64,000 nucleotides of DNA. It comes from Haliotis rubra (Eukaryota). The translations under genes were made by a program, and so were the position numbers. The stretch lies in the NCBI RefSeq assembly GCF_003918875.1, contig NW_025766957.1, forward strand, positions 1,860,001 to 1,924,000. Reading direction: 5' to 3'. A model generated the notes under the pieces. It was not told the origin of the DNA. It saw only the letters and a list, made by a program, of their open reading frames with translations, and did not search any database. Positions 23,490 through 35,467 of the stretch are shown here, piece after piece (position 1 is the stretch's first letter; the number at the start of each line of letters is the position of its first letter).

Positions 23490-24850
23490 ACAATAATAAT
23501 AATAATGAGAATATTTATAACGCGCCTTTTCCAGACTTTTTTCCTGTTCAAGGCGCACACTCTGATCATTATTACCCCGGATAACCCAAGCTGCCTGTTA
23601 GGCGCTAGAAGGTTAATGGTGTCCTCCCATTTGTGAGAACTCCCAGTTGTGAGACACATTAATTAATGGTTCAGTGCACATAGGTGGTGTTTCCACATCC
23701 CTAAAATGAAAGTGGGATCAGCCCAGTTGTTGAAGAGTACCCACAGGAGTCATTGATGAGTAGATTAATGAAATAGATTATCAAAGATTCTATTTACAAA
23801 GAAGAAATAGACTATTATGATGTTTGAAAGTCATTTTGGTTTAAACATATTTTATTATTATTTATGAAAATGAATTGGGATTGGTGAGCAAGCATTACTG
23901 CTTATGTGAACACCGCTCCCATGCAACATAAAATACAAAATGAAATGGAGGATGTGACGTCATCATGTTGACTGTTGCATAAATATATTTTTAAGTATAC
24001 ATCAAATACAACTGTTCTCTAAGTAGTCATAATTAGAGAGTTACAGCAGTGTGTGTCTAACAAGCTATTGTAGGAATATAAATCAATCATGAGAAGGTTG
24101 TTGAGTTAATTTAAGTATTTTCTTGATGATATAATCGTGGACAGATTCAACTATTTTCTGGTTTACGCAAGGAGTAAATTCTTTGTTTCCGTTCAAAATG
24201 GTATCCAGGTTATAACGGGTAGAGCCGGGTAAAAGGATTTGGCTTAAGAGGCAGTTCGACTGTAAACTTGTATTTCAGAGTTATTTCTTAAACTATATCT
24301 TGTAGTTTCGGAGACGGATGTAAAAGTGAGTAGGTAATTTAATTTCTCTTTCAAATGATCACGAAGTTACCTACATTTTGTGTATGTTAATCAATTTATC
24401 TTATAAAGTTTAATTAAGACTTCCACAAGATTCAGTTACATAGCAAATCAGTAATTAGGTAGGGTTAATCCATTCTATCAGACAGGGGAGTATGGTGTGT
24501 TTTCTTTGTTAATTACCTACTCCACTGTCTCATAACTGGGAGTCTCACAATTGGGAGTTCTCACAAATGGGAGTAGACCAGGTTAATAGTCTCACCACTT
24601 ATTTCACCGGGTACCCATTTTCGGTTGGGTGAACAGAGGCAATTTTGAACAAACGCACTTGCCTAAGGTGAGACCACATGTATCGCACGTGCTTCGTTGT
24701 GGGGGCAGGACTGAGGTCCTATATAGAAACTCTCAGGATATGGCTGATATGAGTACTAGTATATGCATGGACACAGATGTTTTCTCCTTCCTCTGTTTTG
24801 CCAAGTCCCAGGTGTCACTGACGAATGCCGACGTGCCCAATAGGTACACT
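23490..24850 (-). mobile_element. SINE-like retroposon with (ATT)n tail, split by a DNA transposon
   Basis: - strand core cttaggcaagt...gttcacccaaccgaaaatgggtacc and tail gcgccttga...aggcgcgttataaat(att)n; 5' end approximate. Confidence 0.5.
23618..24579. mobile_element. Non-autonomous DNA transposon, 8-bp TSD, GG termini (Merlin- or MULE-like)
   Basis: TSD aggttaat at 23610-23617 and 24580-24587; ~38-bp TIRs ggt....ctcccatttgtgagaactccca.ttgtgagac. Confidence 0.8.
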
Positions 24851-25504
24851 TAGCGTATTAATTGACGGCTTTATTGACTAAGTCATTGACTGGTTAAGCG
24901 TTTCAATTATTCACTGCCCGGTGTTGTATATTTGACGAAGGCCACTTATGGCAGGTGTTGCATATGGCTTGTATGGTGGTTGGAGTGTTAGCAGACATAA
25001 ACGTAACCATACTCATCATTTTGTGATATTTTAGAAAAAAAGCAAAACAAACGAAATTATAATCCCTTTGATGTTTTTTCAGTGTATACTATGTTTATTT
25101 GGCTTACAAGTAGACTTCCATTCTCTTCCCACAGAGATGACTCAAGTCATATGACTTGAGTATAACCTCTGTGGGCAGAGAATGTTCGACCCCATGGGCT
25201 TTCGAAGATTAACTTACAGATTCGAAATTCAATTTCCGCATCGTAAAATGTGTCACTTGACAGTTTTTAAGCTTTGTGTTTACGTTGGAATTGATATTCA
25301 GTTCAAAGAGTGGAACGCATGAATATGTCTCACACAGGCATGCGTCCGATGCACGTGAAATATCAGACTGTGTATGGAGCATTCGTTTCAAAGGAATCGA
25401 TAAACCTAATGGTCTTTGAAATATTGACTTGCGTTAACTCCATCCTCAAGATATCAATGAGGTAACTGACTTATTGACGATACTGTTCTAATTCTCATTC
25501 TAAT

Positions 25505-25625
25505 TGACCAATTGCTATACAATAACCATGAATATCTATTAATGTGAAACTACCGTTGCTGTTTTCCTTGAGGGTGGGTGCTGACAGTCTTCTTCTCCTG
25601 GGATTCGGCAGTACAGGCAGTTAAG
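25505..25625 (+). promoter_or_regulatory. Probable promoter and non-coding exon 1 of copy B
   Basis: gaCCAAT at 25508-25512, agggtgggtg motif and tacaggcagTTAAG|GTGAGT donor parallel the copy A exon-1 layout. Confidence 0.5.
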
Positions 25626-25814
25626 GTGAGTTATATTCCTAACACTGAACAACATTATCGTTATATCACAAGACTTTTATGTTGCGTGAGTCCAAGCGTT
25701 CTTGGGAGTTTAAAACTTACAACAAAATTCAGGGTTAATGACACGGCTGTGTAACACCAAGTAACCTAACAGGGAGAACTAATGGATTCTAACACACAAT
25801 CGTGGCATGGAGCA

Positions 25815-26545
25815 AATAGTAAACATCTATGCTAGTCTATATTGTGCTCGAGGGTATCACCAAGCTAGTAAACATCTATGCTAGTCTATATTGTGCTCGA
25901 GGGTATCATCCAACTAGGAAACATCTATGCTAGTCTATATTGTGCTCGAGGGTATCACCAACTAGGAAACATCTATGCTAGTCTATATTGTGCTCGAGGG
26001 TATCACCAGACTAGTAAACATCTATGCTAGTCTGTATTGTGCTCGAGGGTATCACCCAACTAGTAAACATCTATACTAGTCTTTATTGTACTCGAGGGTA
26101 TCACCAGACTAGTAAACATCTATACTAGTCTTTATTGTACTCGAGGGTATCACCAGACTAGTAAACATCTATACTAGTCTATATTGTACTCGAGGGTATC
26201 ACCCAACTAGTAAACATCTATACTAGTCTTTATTGTACTCGAGGGTATCACCAGACTAGTAAACATCTATACTAGTCTTTATTGTACTCGAGGGTATCAC
26301 CAGACTAGTAAACATCTATACTAGTCTATATTGTACTCGAGGGTATCACCCAACTAGTAAACATCTATACTAGTCTTTATTGTACTCGAGGGTATCACCA
26401 GACTAGTAAACATCTATACTAGTCAGTCTGTATATTGTACTCGAGGGTATCACCAGACTAGTAAACATCTATGCTAGTCTATATTGTGCTCGGGGGTATC
26501 ACCCAACTAGTAAACATCTATACTAGTCTTTATTGTGGCCGAAGG
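25815..26545 (+). repeat. 49-bp minisatellite, ~15 copies
   Basis: Unit actagtaaacatctatactagtctttattgtactcgagggtatcaccag. Confidence 0.95.
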
Positions 26546-27289
26546 CGTCACGAAACTAATAAACATCTACACAAACAAATATTGTCTCACCCAATTCATG
26601 GATGGCCGAGTCATCTATATCAACGTAAACAGCTGCAAGTATATAAAACTAGAATTTCTGATAGAATATATGACAGAGCGTGTTCATAAACCGACAGTTC
26701 AATATCTGATTCGTTCATCAACCTTTTCAAGAAGGAGAAAAAAAAGTAAATTAATTCCAACATGCAAATAGTGGCATCAAATATATTATTCAAGCCATTC
26801 GGTGTACTGCAGGCATTGCTATGTCTGATCCGTGCTACACAGACCACATTTAATGAGCTCCAACACAAGACGCCATCTGTTACAGTCTCCACAGCTGACA
26901 GTTTCTACATGTGTAATTTATCAACATGTTCACCTAATAAATAGAGGCTAATAATATGTGCATAGTCAAGTATGTTGTCCGATCTGGTCAATTCGAATTA
27001 CTAGCTTTGTGTTGCCTGTGGCAGAGTTAATGGTAATTTATTGTGAAAGAAGTCAGTAGCAGCACACGTCAATAGTAACGATAAAGTCCTGTACAGGTGT
27101 GTAGAGTTTTGTGAAATAGATTTTAGCAACGCAGCCTGTATGGATCTAAATTTGTGCAAGTAGATCCAATCGATAAATATCGCAGTAAATATATCTGCAA
27201 GCTCATTTCTTATAACAACAAGCCCATAAATTCGAAAACTCAAAGTAGACGTTGGTATAGTGTCTGATGAACAGCATGAATACACAAAA

Positions 27290-27425
27290 CCTTTTAGAAA
27301 GTGGTCAAATGTAACATATGATATATTTGGGATTACACTTTCTCAGTAAAGTACAGATTCTAGTAACATTTATTGGGTTGAGTCCCATCCGGGATTCGAA
27401 CCCACGCCTCAGAGTCAGCACCCTG
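27290..27425 (-). mobile_element. tRNA-derived SINE family D
   Basis: B-box gggttcgaatccc; tail agaaagtgtaatcccaaatat...tttgaccactttctaaaagg; homologues at 37163-37347 and 49140-49295. Confidence 0.7.
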
Positions 27426-29101
27426 ACGAACAGCAGTTAAAAACGGCTGGGCGTGTTTATTGTTGACATTGGTCTATTTTACTATGTATTATTTTGGTAA
27501 TATGCTCTCAAATAATATTGTCGTTACAGCTATTGAGTTTAACCGAACTCTGTATTTAATAATATTCCATTAGGGTCTGAGAGGCTTCTCTGTTGCTTTC
27601 TCTAAAATTTACATATAACATAATTTTTCCGAGAATAGAAGATACTGTGAGTGTGGCAAAAAGGACGTCTATGAAATTTGGCAGTGGTGTTGGGTGGGGA
27701 TCCTAAACACATATACTGTTGCACTGCTCTGTTCTCCCAGAGACCTTAAACTGACCGTGATATTAGTACGACGTGGAAATGGTGTTACAGAAGTACAGTC
27801 AATGTTACCACTGAATAATAATATATAATATTACGAATAGTTTTCTATCGTAATTACAATTGTGCCGTTTTCACCCAAAGAGGTACCGGTTTAGTTTGCA
27901 CCCTCTAACCCCTCATTTCTCACATTGCAAATATTAGATATCGATAACTGTTGTATGAAGACCATTAAGTATAACAATATACAGTTTCTGTCCATACTCA
28001 GAGCAGGGTTTGTTTGCTCATAGAGACTGTAAAGAGCTACACTCGAAGATCGACCAATCAAAGTTGAATGAACGCTTTCGTGCAATAGAAGCCTAGGCTG
28101 AGGCCAAACGACGTAGACAGATCGTCTGCATGTTTGAACAGCAGTATTTTGTTTGTTAGTGTACATTTTATTTGACAATAAGGTAAGTACAGGTAGATAT
28201 GACTTGCAGAAGTGTTGCAAACTGACTCATCACCTGGTAATACTGAAATGCGTGGATATTAACAGATGTGCTAAGACGGAAGCATAGTTTATCGGCCATG
28301 TTTAATTCCTCAGCCTCAGGATTCTCACCATTATTTTAGTTGCCTTTTGTTTAAGTGTTTACGCTAACAGAAAAGTATGTAATTGCTGCGACCACCTACC
28401 TGTTCATTCGTTCAAGAAATAACTAGGTTAGGGTAGACTTATGATTTAGACGCCTTCATGACAATATTTGCTATCCAACGTGCAGTACATTTTGTTTTAT
28501 TATCATTTGATTTTGGAGGAATCAACGTCATCTGTCATCGCTTTTATATTTTGCATTTTAATTACCTTGCCCGAAAGCTAACGTAATCTCGGCTGCAAAG
28601 TTGGGCAAATTGGTTGAACACCCTGTTCAACAAAACTTTCGTGGCCGAAGTAAACGCTAATCGTTGTTTGATTTGTTGGTTGTTTACGTCGCATTCAGCA
28701 ATATCGCAGTTATATGACCACAATCTATAAAAAAATCATGTCTGTCCCAGACAATCCAGTGATTGATGTCATGAGCATCAACCTGCACAAATGGACACAA
28801 ACACATTCATTAACCAAGTCAGCGAGTCTGACCACCTGATCCCGTTAGTCGCCCCATGCGACAAGCATGGGTTACTGAAGCCAAGCCTAATCCAAAACTT
28901 CATGGGTTGATCAAAGTACGTATGTCAGTGAATTTACATTACATCAGGATTTAATGAGTAAAATGAAAAGAAACACCAGACCCTTAATCTGATGCCACAT
29001 AAACAGGTAATGTGAAAGTGTCAGGACAAGTAAGGTGTCTTTTATTGACAAGAAGGGATATCAACTTGGTATCAGATACCTGTGAATGCAATGAAGACTT
29101 G

Positions 29102-30512
29102 TTTTAACCATATTTTATTTCAAGAGAAAGAAAAGGGATTGGCAAACAAGCTCAGTGAGCTTATATAAATGCCTCTCCCGAACATGTACATATTTACGGA
29201 AGTTATTTACAGAAAATCAATTGCCAATAAAATAATAGAATGTATTGGTACCACACGTTTGCTCGTTGAATAAAATATGTTTTTTAATTGTTGAACTTTA
29301 TTAGTAATTTCTTAAGTCATGTTAAATCTTTTTGAAAACTGGATGAAATGGTGAACAGAGGAGAGTCTACGTTAAAATTACCATATAATACCGAATGTAT
29401 GTCGTATCCATGTTGATAAAAGTACATTGAAATACATAAGTCATTATACGACGGACAGGTGAAGAAGTAGTGAATATTATCTTCTCTCGGTTGACCGCAA
29501 GAGCAGGCCCGGTTTGAAGAGATGTGTCTATGGAACTTATGAGAATTTAAATCACTACACCCGAGCCTGAGGTGTGCATGGATTACTTGACATTGTCTAT
29601 TACCAATATTGATATCAAAGAAGAACGAGGCATCTTTACGAGTAGATATTATACTTTTGAAATCAAAGTGATTATTCACAGAGCATGTTAATTGTGGCAG
29701 ATCGTTCCATTGTCTGATTACATCTGGTATAAAGGATCTAGCATAGAGGTTAGATATGCAATAGATATTGCGAATTTGTTCAGAATTTCTTAGAGTGCAG
29801 TTGCTATTATGTGATTTAGATGGGATTAAGTTTTGCAAGTAAGTCGGAGTTTCATTATGTACAATTTTGTGCATCAGTTTTAGTTTTTGAATAGACCTTC
29901 TTTCATCCAAAGGGTAAAAATTGGTTTCGAAATATAACCATAACTGGTGCCGCGTACAACACCACATATTGTGCGTAGAGCATCTAGGTGTAATTTTTCA
30001 AGGGAGTGACTTTGTTCTTTACTGCAGTTGTCCCAGATATGAGAACAGTAGTCAAAGAGAGGAAGAATAGATTGTTTGTAAATAGTGTCTAGGCTCTTAC
30101 GTGATAATCTATATTTCAAGGACCTAAAGCAGTTGATCATCGGGGATACTTTCTTTATTATGTTGCTAATGTGCTCATGCCAATTACAGTTACTTTGCAA
30201 TGTTAAACCAAGATGTTTATGATGAGAAACTACTTTAATATTGATATTATTCATGTGAAGATCAGGAAGTCTAGTGGGTGTTTTTTTACGTGAAAATAAT
30301 ATGCTTTCAGGTTTGTTAGGATTAAAAACGACATTCCAATCTCTAGCCCAATTAACAATTTTTGTAAGTCATTATTAAGGTAAGTAGCAGTATTATCAGG
30401 ATTATCAACAATAATATAAAGGGATGTGTCATCAGCGAATAAACGGATATTACTATCAATGTTATCAACTAAGCCGTTAATGTATATCAGAAATAATAAT
30501 GGACCCAAAACG
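29102..30512 (-). mobile_element. 5'-truncated CR1-group non-LTR retrotransposon (frameshifted RT)
   Basis: VLGPLLFLIYIN...IRLFADDTSLY, C-terminal CSCG..ED..HYFFTCP, 3' stem-loop and aataaa; 9-bp TSD gaagacttg at 29093-29101 and 30513-30521. Confidence 0.88.
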
Positions 30513-30885
30513 GAAGACTTGAGATCAAAAGGAAATCAGGCTGGTTTATGTCAACAAAATCTACATATACAGTACTTTGTGATTGTTACAACTCTAACAC
30601 AGGTCTAGTAATATCATGTAAGTGCTGGTCCTGTGTTATTTTTAGAGGGAACAATATTCAGTTGTGCAGTTTTTAATGATGGGGTACTACTACCATTACA
30701 GCATCTTCAGTTAGAGTCTATATAATTCCATTATATTATACATCTCTGCACTTGGATAATAAACTCATTCACAACTCACCCAAAACCCAACCCCTAAGTC
30801 ATAATTTCCATTGCTATCTAAAATTATATATAAATCAGGCCAGTGTAAATATTTGTATTTCTTTTCAGCAATATATATTTCCGCA

Positions 30886-31100
30886 ATGGCACGGAATGCA
30901 ACAAAAGATTGGAGACTAGATTGCAAAGTGTATGTTGGAGATCTTGGTTATGGTGCAGCCAAACAAGAACTTGAAGAGAAGTTTAGTAAATATGGACCTT
31001 TGCGTAATGTGTGGGTAGCCAGGAAGCCTCCAGGGTTTGCATTTGTTGAATTTGAAGATCCCCGTGATGCTGAAGATGCCACAAGAGCCCTTGATGGAGC
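30886..31100 (+). CDS. SRSF3: SRSF3-like copy B exon 2 (start, RRM)
   Basis: Acceptor at 30867-30868, ATG at 30886, GC|GTAAGT donor; [21 protein letters not shown]...[18 protein letters not shown]. Confidence 0.92.
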
Positions 31101-31589
31101 GTAAGTGATAATCCAGTATCAATGCCCTAAAGTCACTAGTGGCTAGGTGTTGGTGAAAATGTGAAGTGCTTCTCGTTTACTTTCAAGTTACTTCTGCATA
31201 GGGCAGTCTGAAAAAACTCAAGCATCTAACTAACTTAAGGCGACTCATTGGCCTAAGACACTGTTCAAATTTGTATCCCTTGGGGAGAACAGGAACTACT
31301 GATCTACTTGTATCATGTAGGATGCCTATGCCAGCAGCATAATTTGATGCTTCACATTTGAAAATGAGGGATATGTGAATGCTACAATATTGAAAAGTTT
31401 TCTTTCAGATTTAACTAATTCTTTACTTTAGATGTTGTTAGAACCAACACAAGTTAGTATTCATGTCATACATGAAGTATATTCTGTGGATAATATAGAA
31501 TTGGGTGTGAGTATATCTCACAATGAAAGTTCTTTTAATCTTGTGTTCTACATTTATCTGTTGCTAAGATGGTAAGTTGATTTCTGCAG

Positions 31590-31721
31590 GAGATTGAATG
31601 GTCGTCGTGTGCGTGTTGAAATGTCATCAGGAAAATCTCGTTGGGGAAGTCGAGGGCCGCCAGTTAGGCGTCAGGGTTCTTCTTCTCATGATGACTACAG
31701 ACAAAGGAGAGGCAGATCACG
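31590..31721 (+). CDS. SRSF3: SRSF3-like copy B exon 3
   Basis: ctgcAG..GTAAGA, 132 nt; RLNGRRVRVEMSSGKSRWGSRGPPVRRQGSSSHDDYRQRRGRSR. Confidence 0.9.
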
Positions 31722-33662
31722 GTAAGATTTCCTCTTTTGCTAGAGTAGGAAGGGAAGTATTTTCTTACTGCATCATTTAGGCCAATGAAAAATTCTTTGC
31801 ATTTGTTCTAAGATTATGTTATGACTGGTATTGTAAAAGTGATTTCATTCAAAAAAGCAATGTGCTAATAAAATGTTTTAAGCATGTTTTGGATGTGAAC
31901 ATTATTAGATGCCATGGCTTAGATCAAAATATTGTATTTGATCTTAAGTAATGTGGATCCAATTACTCTCTCTGACCGATGCTGTCCCTAACCAGTACTT
32001 TTGAAATTTGTATAAAATTCATTGCAGTTATATTTTCTCCTTTTGCTTCAAATAAAATACTGGTTATTAGCTTAGGTACTTAATTTTGAAATCAATTGTA
32101 ATTGGAACCACAAAATTGATATCTCGTAAGCCTTTCATGTCTCGTTTATCATGATTATTGGTGCCTCTGCTAAGATGTTTTCTGCAAGTCTTAACATATT
32201 CATGCAATTCTTACTTCACACTGAATTTCTATGATTATCAGCACATGTTAGCAATAATTCATTTCTCACAGATTAAGTCTCTAAAACTTTACTCTCTTTT
32301 TTTGTTCAAAGGAACCTACTGCACAGGTTGCAATATCTTTTTGGAATTTAAGTTTTTAAATATCATGTATCATTGCTTTCAGTTAATATTGTGTATTTAC
32401 TTGATTAAGAACACTTTGGCCCAGCAGTCTGTTTTAAAATGAATTTAGGAATTGCATGCTAATCCTTCTAGTCATTTCATATATTTGTATAAAACATACT
32501 GATAATGTTTTAATATTTTGATACATCACAGATCACCATGTCTAGAAGTCTTGTGTACATGTAACTTGTGTGTAATTGATCAGTATTTGTGAGTATATAT
32601 CAAAATTAAGAATGCAATTTTTCAAATTTTCAACCCTTGTTACATGAAAGTGCAAGTTTGCGATTACAGAACTTAGATACCAGATAAATGTATATAGGAG
32701 CTGTTTGAACTTAGGACATTACATTTCTGATGAAACGTAATAAACTTTAACATGACTTTCATATCTAGTCTTGCACTTTCTTGTAATTAGCAAATTTGTT
32801 TGAAATCCTTTAATTGGTGATCAGTTTAGCTTTGTACTCCGTGTGAAATTCATTCTCTAAATCATTTCTTATTTTGGTCACATGGTAATGAATCAACCTT
32901 TTCCCTCTTCCATATACTGTAATTCAATACAGTATTAATCCTTTGTTTCATTTTTACAAACTCTAGCTTCAAGGCTTATTTTCTCACCCTTTTAGAAATA
33001 GGTATAGGATTTGGGTTTGTGGGATGCTAAAGTGGATTGCTGTTTGTCAATATTAGCCCTTTAGGTTTCAACATGCATGTGGGTGTCCCAGGCATCTAAG
33101 GCACTGCACTTCACTGTGCAGAACTGCCTTCCTTGGGCGTGCCAGAAATCTTTTATAATGGGTTTGAATCCCGGTTTGTCAGCACCACACCTGTGCTCAA
33201 AATCAAAAAACATCAGAGATGTGTATCACTTTTGGCTTTCCTCAAAAATTATGCTCTCACGCTGATATGTACAAATTGGAATACTGTTCAAAGCGGTGAT
33301 AAACCCAACTTAGTCTTAATGCATGAATGTTGTTCTTAGCTTGTATTATGTTAACTACTGAAAGAGATAGACCAGTGCATGAGAACCATTCGTAATTTCT
33401 AGACAGAATAGAAAATCATTGTGCTCAGATTTATGTTATGTTCATTTGTCATGTACCTGTTAGTTGAAATTATTGAAGGTCAAAGAGAACATTTCTGAAT
33501 ATGTTAGGCTTATCTTCATATGACTAACTGATGGAATTTTTTTTAATATGTTGTTTGATGTGAGAGGAGTGGTAGTAATTGCTTTAGCAGAAGTAGTGTT
33601 AGTAATCAGGTGTATGGCCATTACCGATTCACATGATGATTTTTTGACTGACCCAATTCCAG

Positions 33663-34243
33663 GCTCCGGTCTCCACTACTACTACCAGCCATCAGCCACA
33701 TGAGCTGCTTGCTTCAAACTCATCGGGCTGTTCTCATGTAGCATTATCAGCCCCCTAACTACTCCTACCACCAGCTGCTCGCCAGCCAGCCCGCCCCGAC
33801 ACCTGCCTTCACTCACGCCCGCTGGCCTGCCCGCCCACCCGCTCTACGTTCACCATCCATCCCTTCACACATAACCCTCACCCTTGCCATCGTCGCGGGT
33901 TTCGTTAGTCAGCGGGCTAGCAAGTGCGAGTGGGCAGTTACATCGTCCAAGGCCGTCAAATCTCCTCTTCAGTCAGCGTCAACACTTCAGCCCCCCATCG
34001 TCTGTACTGAATCCCAGACTAGGGTTTCAGCCCTGACTGGGCTCGGCCTCTCCCATCTACAATGAACCCCCTAAAGCGACACATCGTCTATAATCAACAA
34101 AGCAACCGTCAACTTTATGTACAGAATGAAGTTGTCAACGCCTTACAACTATTCTTCTGCAACATGCATACAAAGCAACGTTAGGGACTACTACTACTAC
34201 TACTTCTAACCTTCGCAGATTCGTCCCAACCTCTTCATGCAGG
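33663..34243 (+). other. SRSF3: Probable poison (PTC) cassette exon, copy B
   Basis: gactgacccaattccAG acceptor; in-frame TAG at 33739-33741; AGG|GTATGG donor; C-rich motifs. Confidence 0.7.
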
Positions 34244-34628
34244 GTATGGGTATAGTAGCACTATCAAGAGGACTCATTTGGATGTTAAAGCTGTACTGTC
34301 TTGCCATCAGTTATTTGACATTTCATTCATTTTGGCATGATAGAATTGAAAATGTAATAGGATCTGATTATTAGATGTAGTGCCATGTGTAGGTCAGATT
34401 ACTCATTTTACATTTAAAATAAAGTCTAGTACAAAATTATATAAAAAAAATGTGAAAGTTGCCTGGTTGGAGAGTGCTTGCTGTCCTGCCGATCAGGTCT
34501 TGACAACTTGGTTCTCGATTTGTCAGCTGTTGCATGTTGAAAGAGTCATAGCTGCTGCCAGCCGTTCAGTCAGCTCTTCTGCATCATCCCCTGTCATCAT
34601 TATTACGGATTTAATCATCAACTTGCAG

Positions 34629-34715
34629 GTCTTTCTCCCCACGTCGTAGATCCCACTCTCCACGTAGGCGAAGTCGCAGTGATTCAAATTCACCTCGTCG
34701 TCGTAGCCGCAGCAG
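34629..34715 (+). CDS. SRSF3: SRSF3-like copy B exon 4 (RS)
   Basis: ttgcAG..GTAAGA; SFSPRRRSHSPRRRSRSDSNSPRRRSRS. Confidence 0.9.
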
Positions 34716-35211
34716 GTAAGATGGTGTCTAATCTACATATTTGGTAGTTCATGCAGTTGTATGCTTATTTTGAGTTGTAGCTGAGTTCAGTACCTTCTGC
34801 ATGAAATGAGAATGCCGTAGGACACATGCTTTCCAACACACTCATGTTAAGATCTTTCAGCAGATTGGAAGAGTGTTTTGGTGTTGTTTGTGTATTAACC
34901 AGATGCTCAATCTAATCCACTGTGTGCCATGAGGAGAAAGTAAATGTCACAAGAGGTAAAGAAATCCAGATTGGAAGGCATTGTGTTGAAAAACCCGATG
35001 AACTTAAGTCATGTGAAATACCTCATCTGATCTTATACTACTTTTGAGTAGTGTATGATATATAGATTAAGTGCAAGATTTCAGTTCATGGAAAAAAGTT
35101 GGTTTTAGAAAAATCAGCTGAGTTGGCATTTGTCTGTTTTTAAAACTTGTTCCTAGCTTTCTTTTTGCCCTGGTTCTCTTTTGGCTTATTTCTTTATGGA
35201 TGATCTTTCAG

Positions 35212-35467
35212 TTCACGGTCCCACTCTCGGGGCCCCAGTCGGTCTAAGGGTAGAAGCCGATCCAGGTCTAGGGGTAGGAGTCTGTCCCGATCTAGGGGTA
35301 GGAGTAGGGATCGTAGCAGAAGCCCTCATTCAAAATTGAGCAAGGGAGAGAGGAAAACGACTAGAGGTAGCGTACACCTCGCCTCCTTCATTATAGAAAA
35401 AGCACAGCAGCCAGTGTCATTACTGCCATCCTGTCTTAATATGATGCACCTAAACTACTTTTCCTAG
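35212..35467 (+). CDS. SRSF3: SRSF3-like copy B exon 5 (RS) with frameshifted C-terminus
   Basis: RS tract as in copy A, but a 1-nt deletion near 35345 puts TAG 35362-35364 out of frame; the unspliced frame ends at TAG 35465-35467. Confidence 0.7.

Noticed and set aside
25815-26545. CRISPR-like array
   Set aside because: Contiguous tandem units with no unique spacers, in a eukaryotic context
33633-33651. C/D-box-like ATGATGA...CTGA upstream of the poison exon
   Set aside because: The boxes are only ~8 nt apart with no closing stem; CTGAC is better explained as the branch point
34164-34184. Split-ORF restart inside the poison exon, as described for SRSF7
   Set aside because: The ATG at 34164 is in the RS frame but hits TAG after six codons, and no later in-frame ATG precedes the donor
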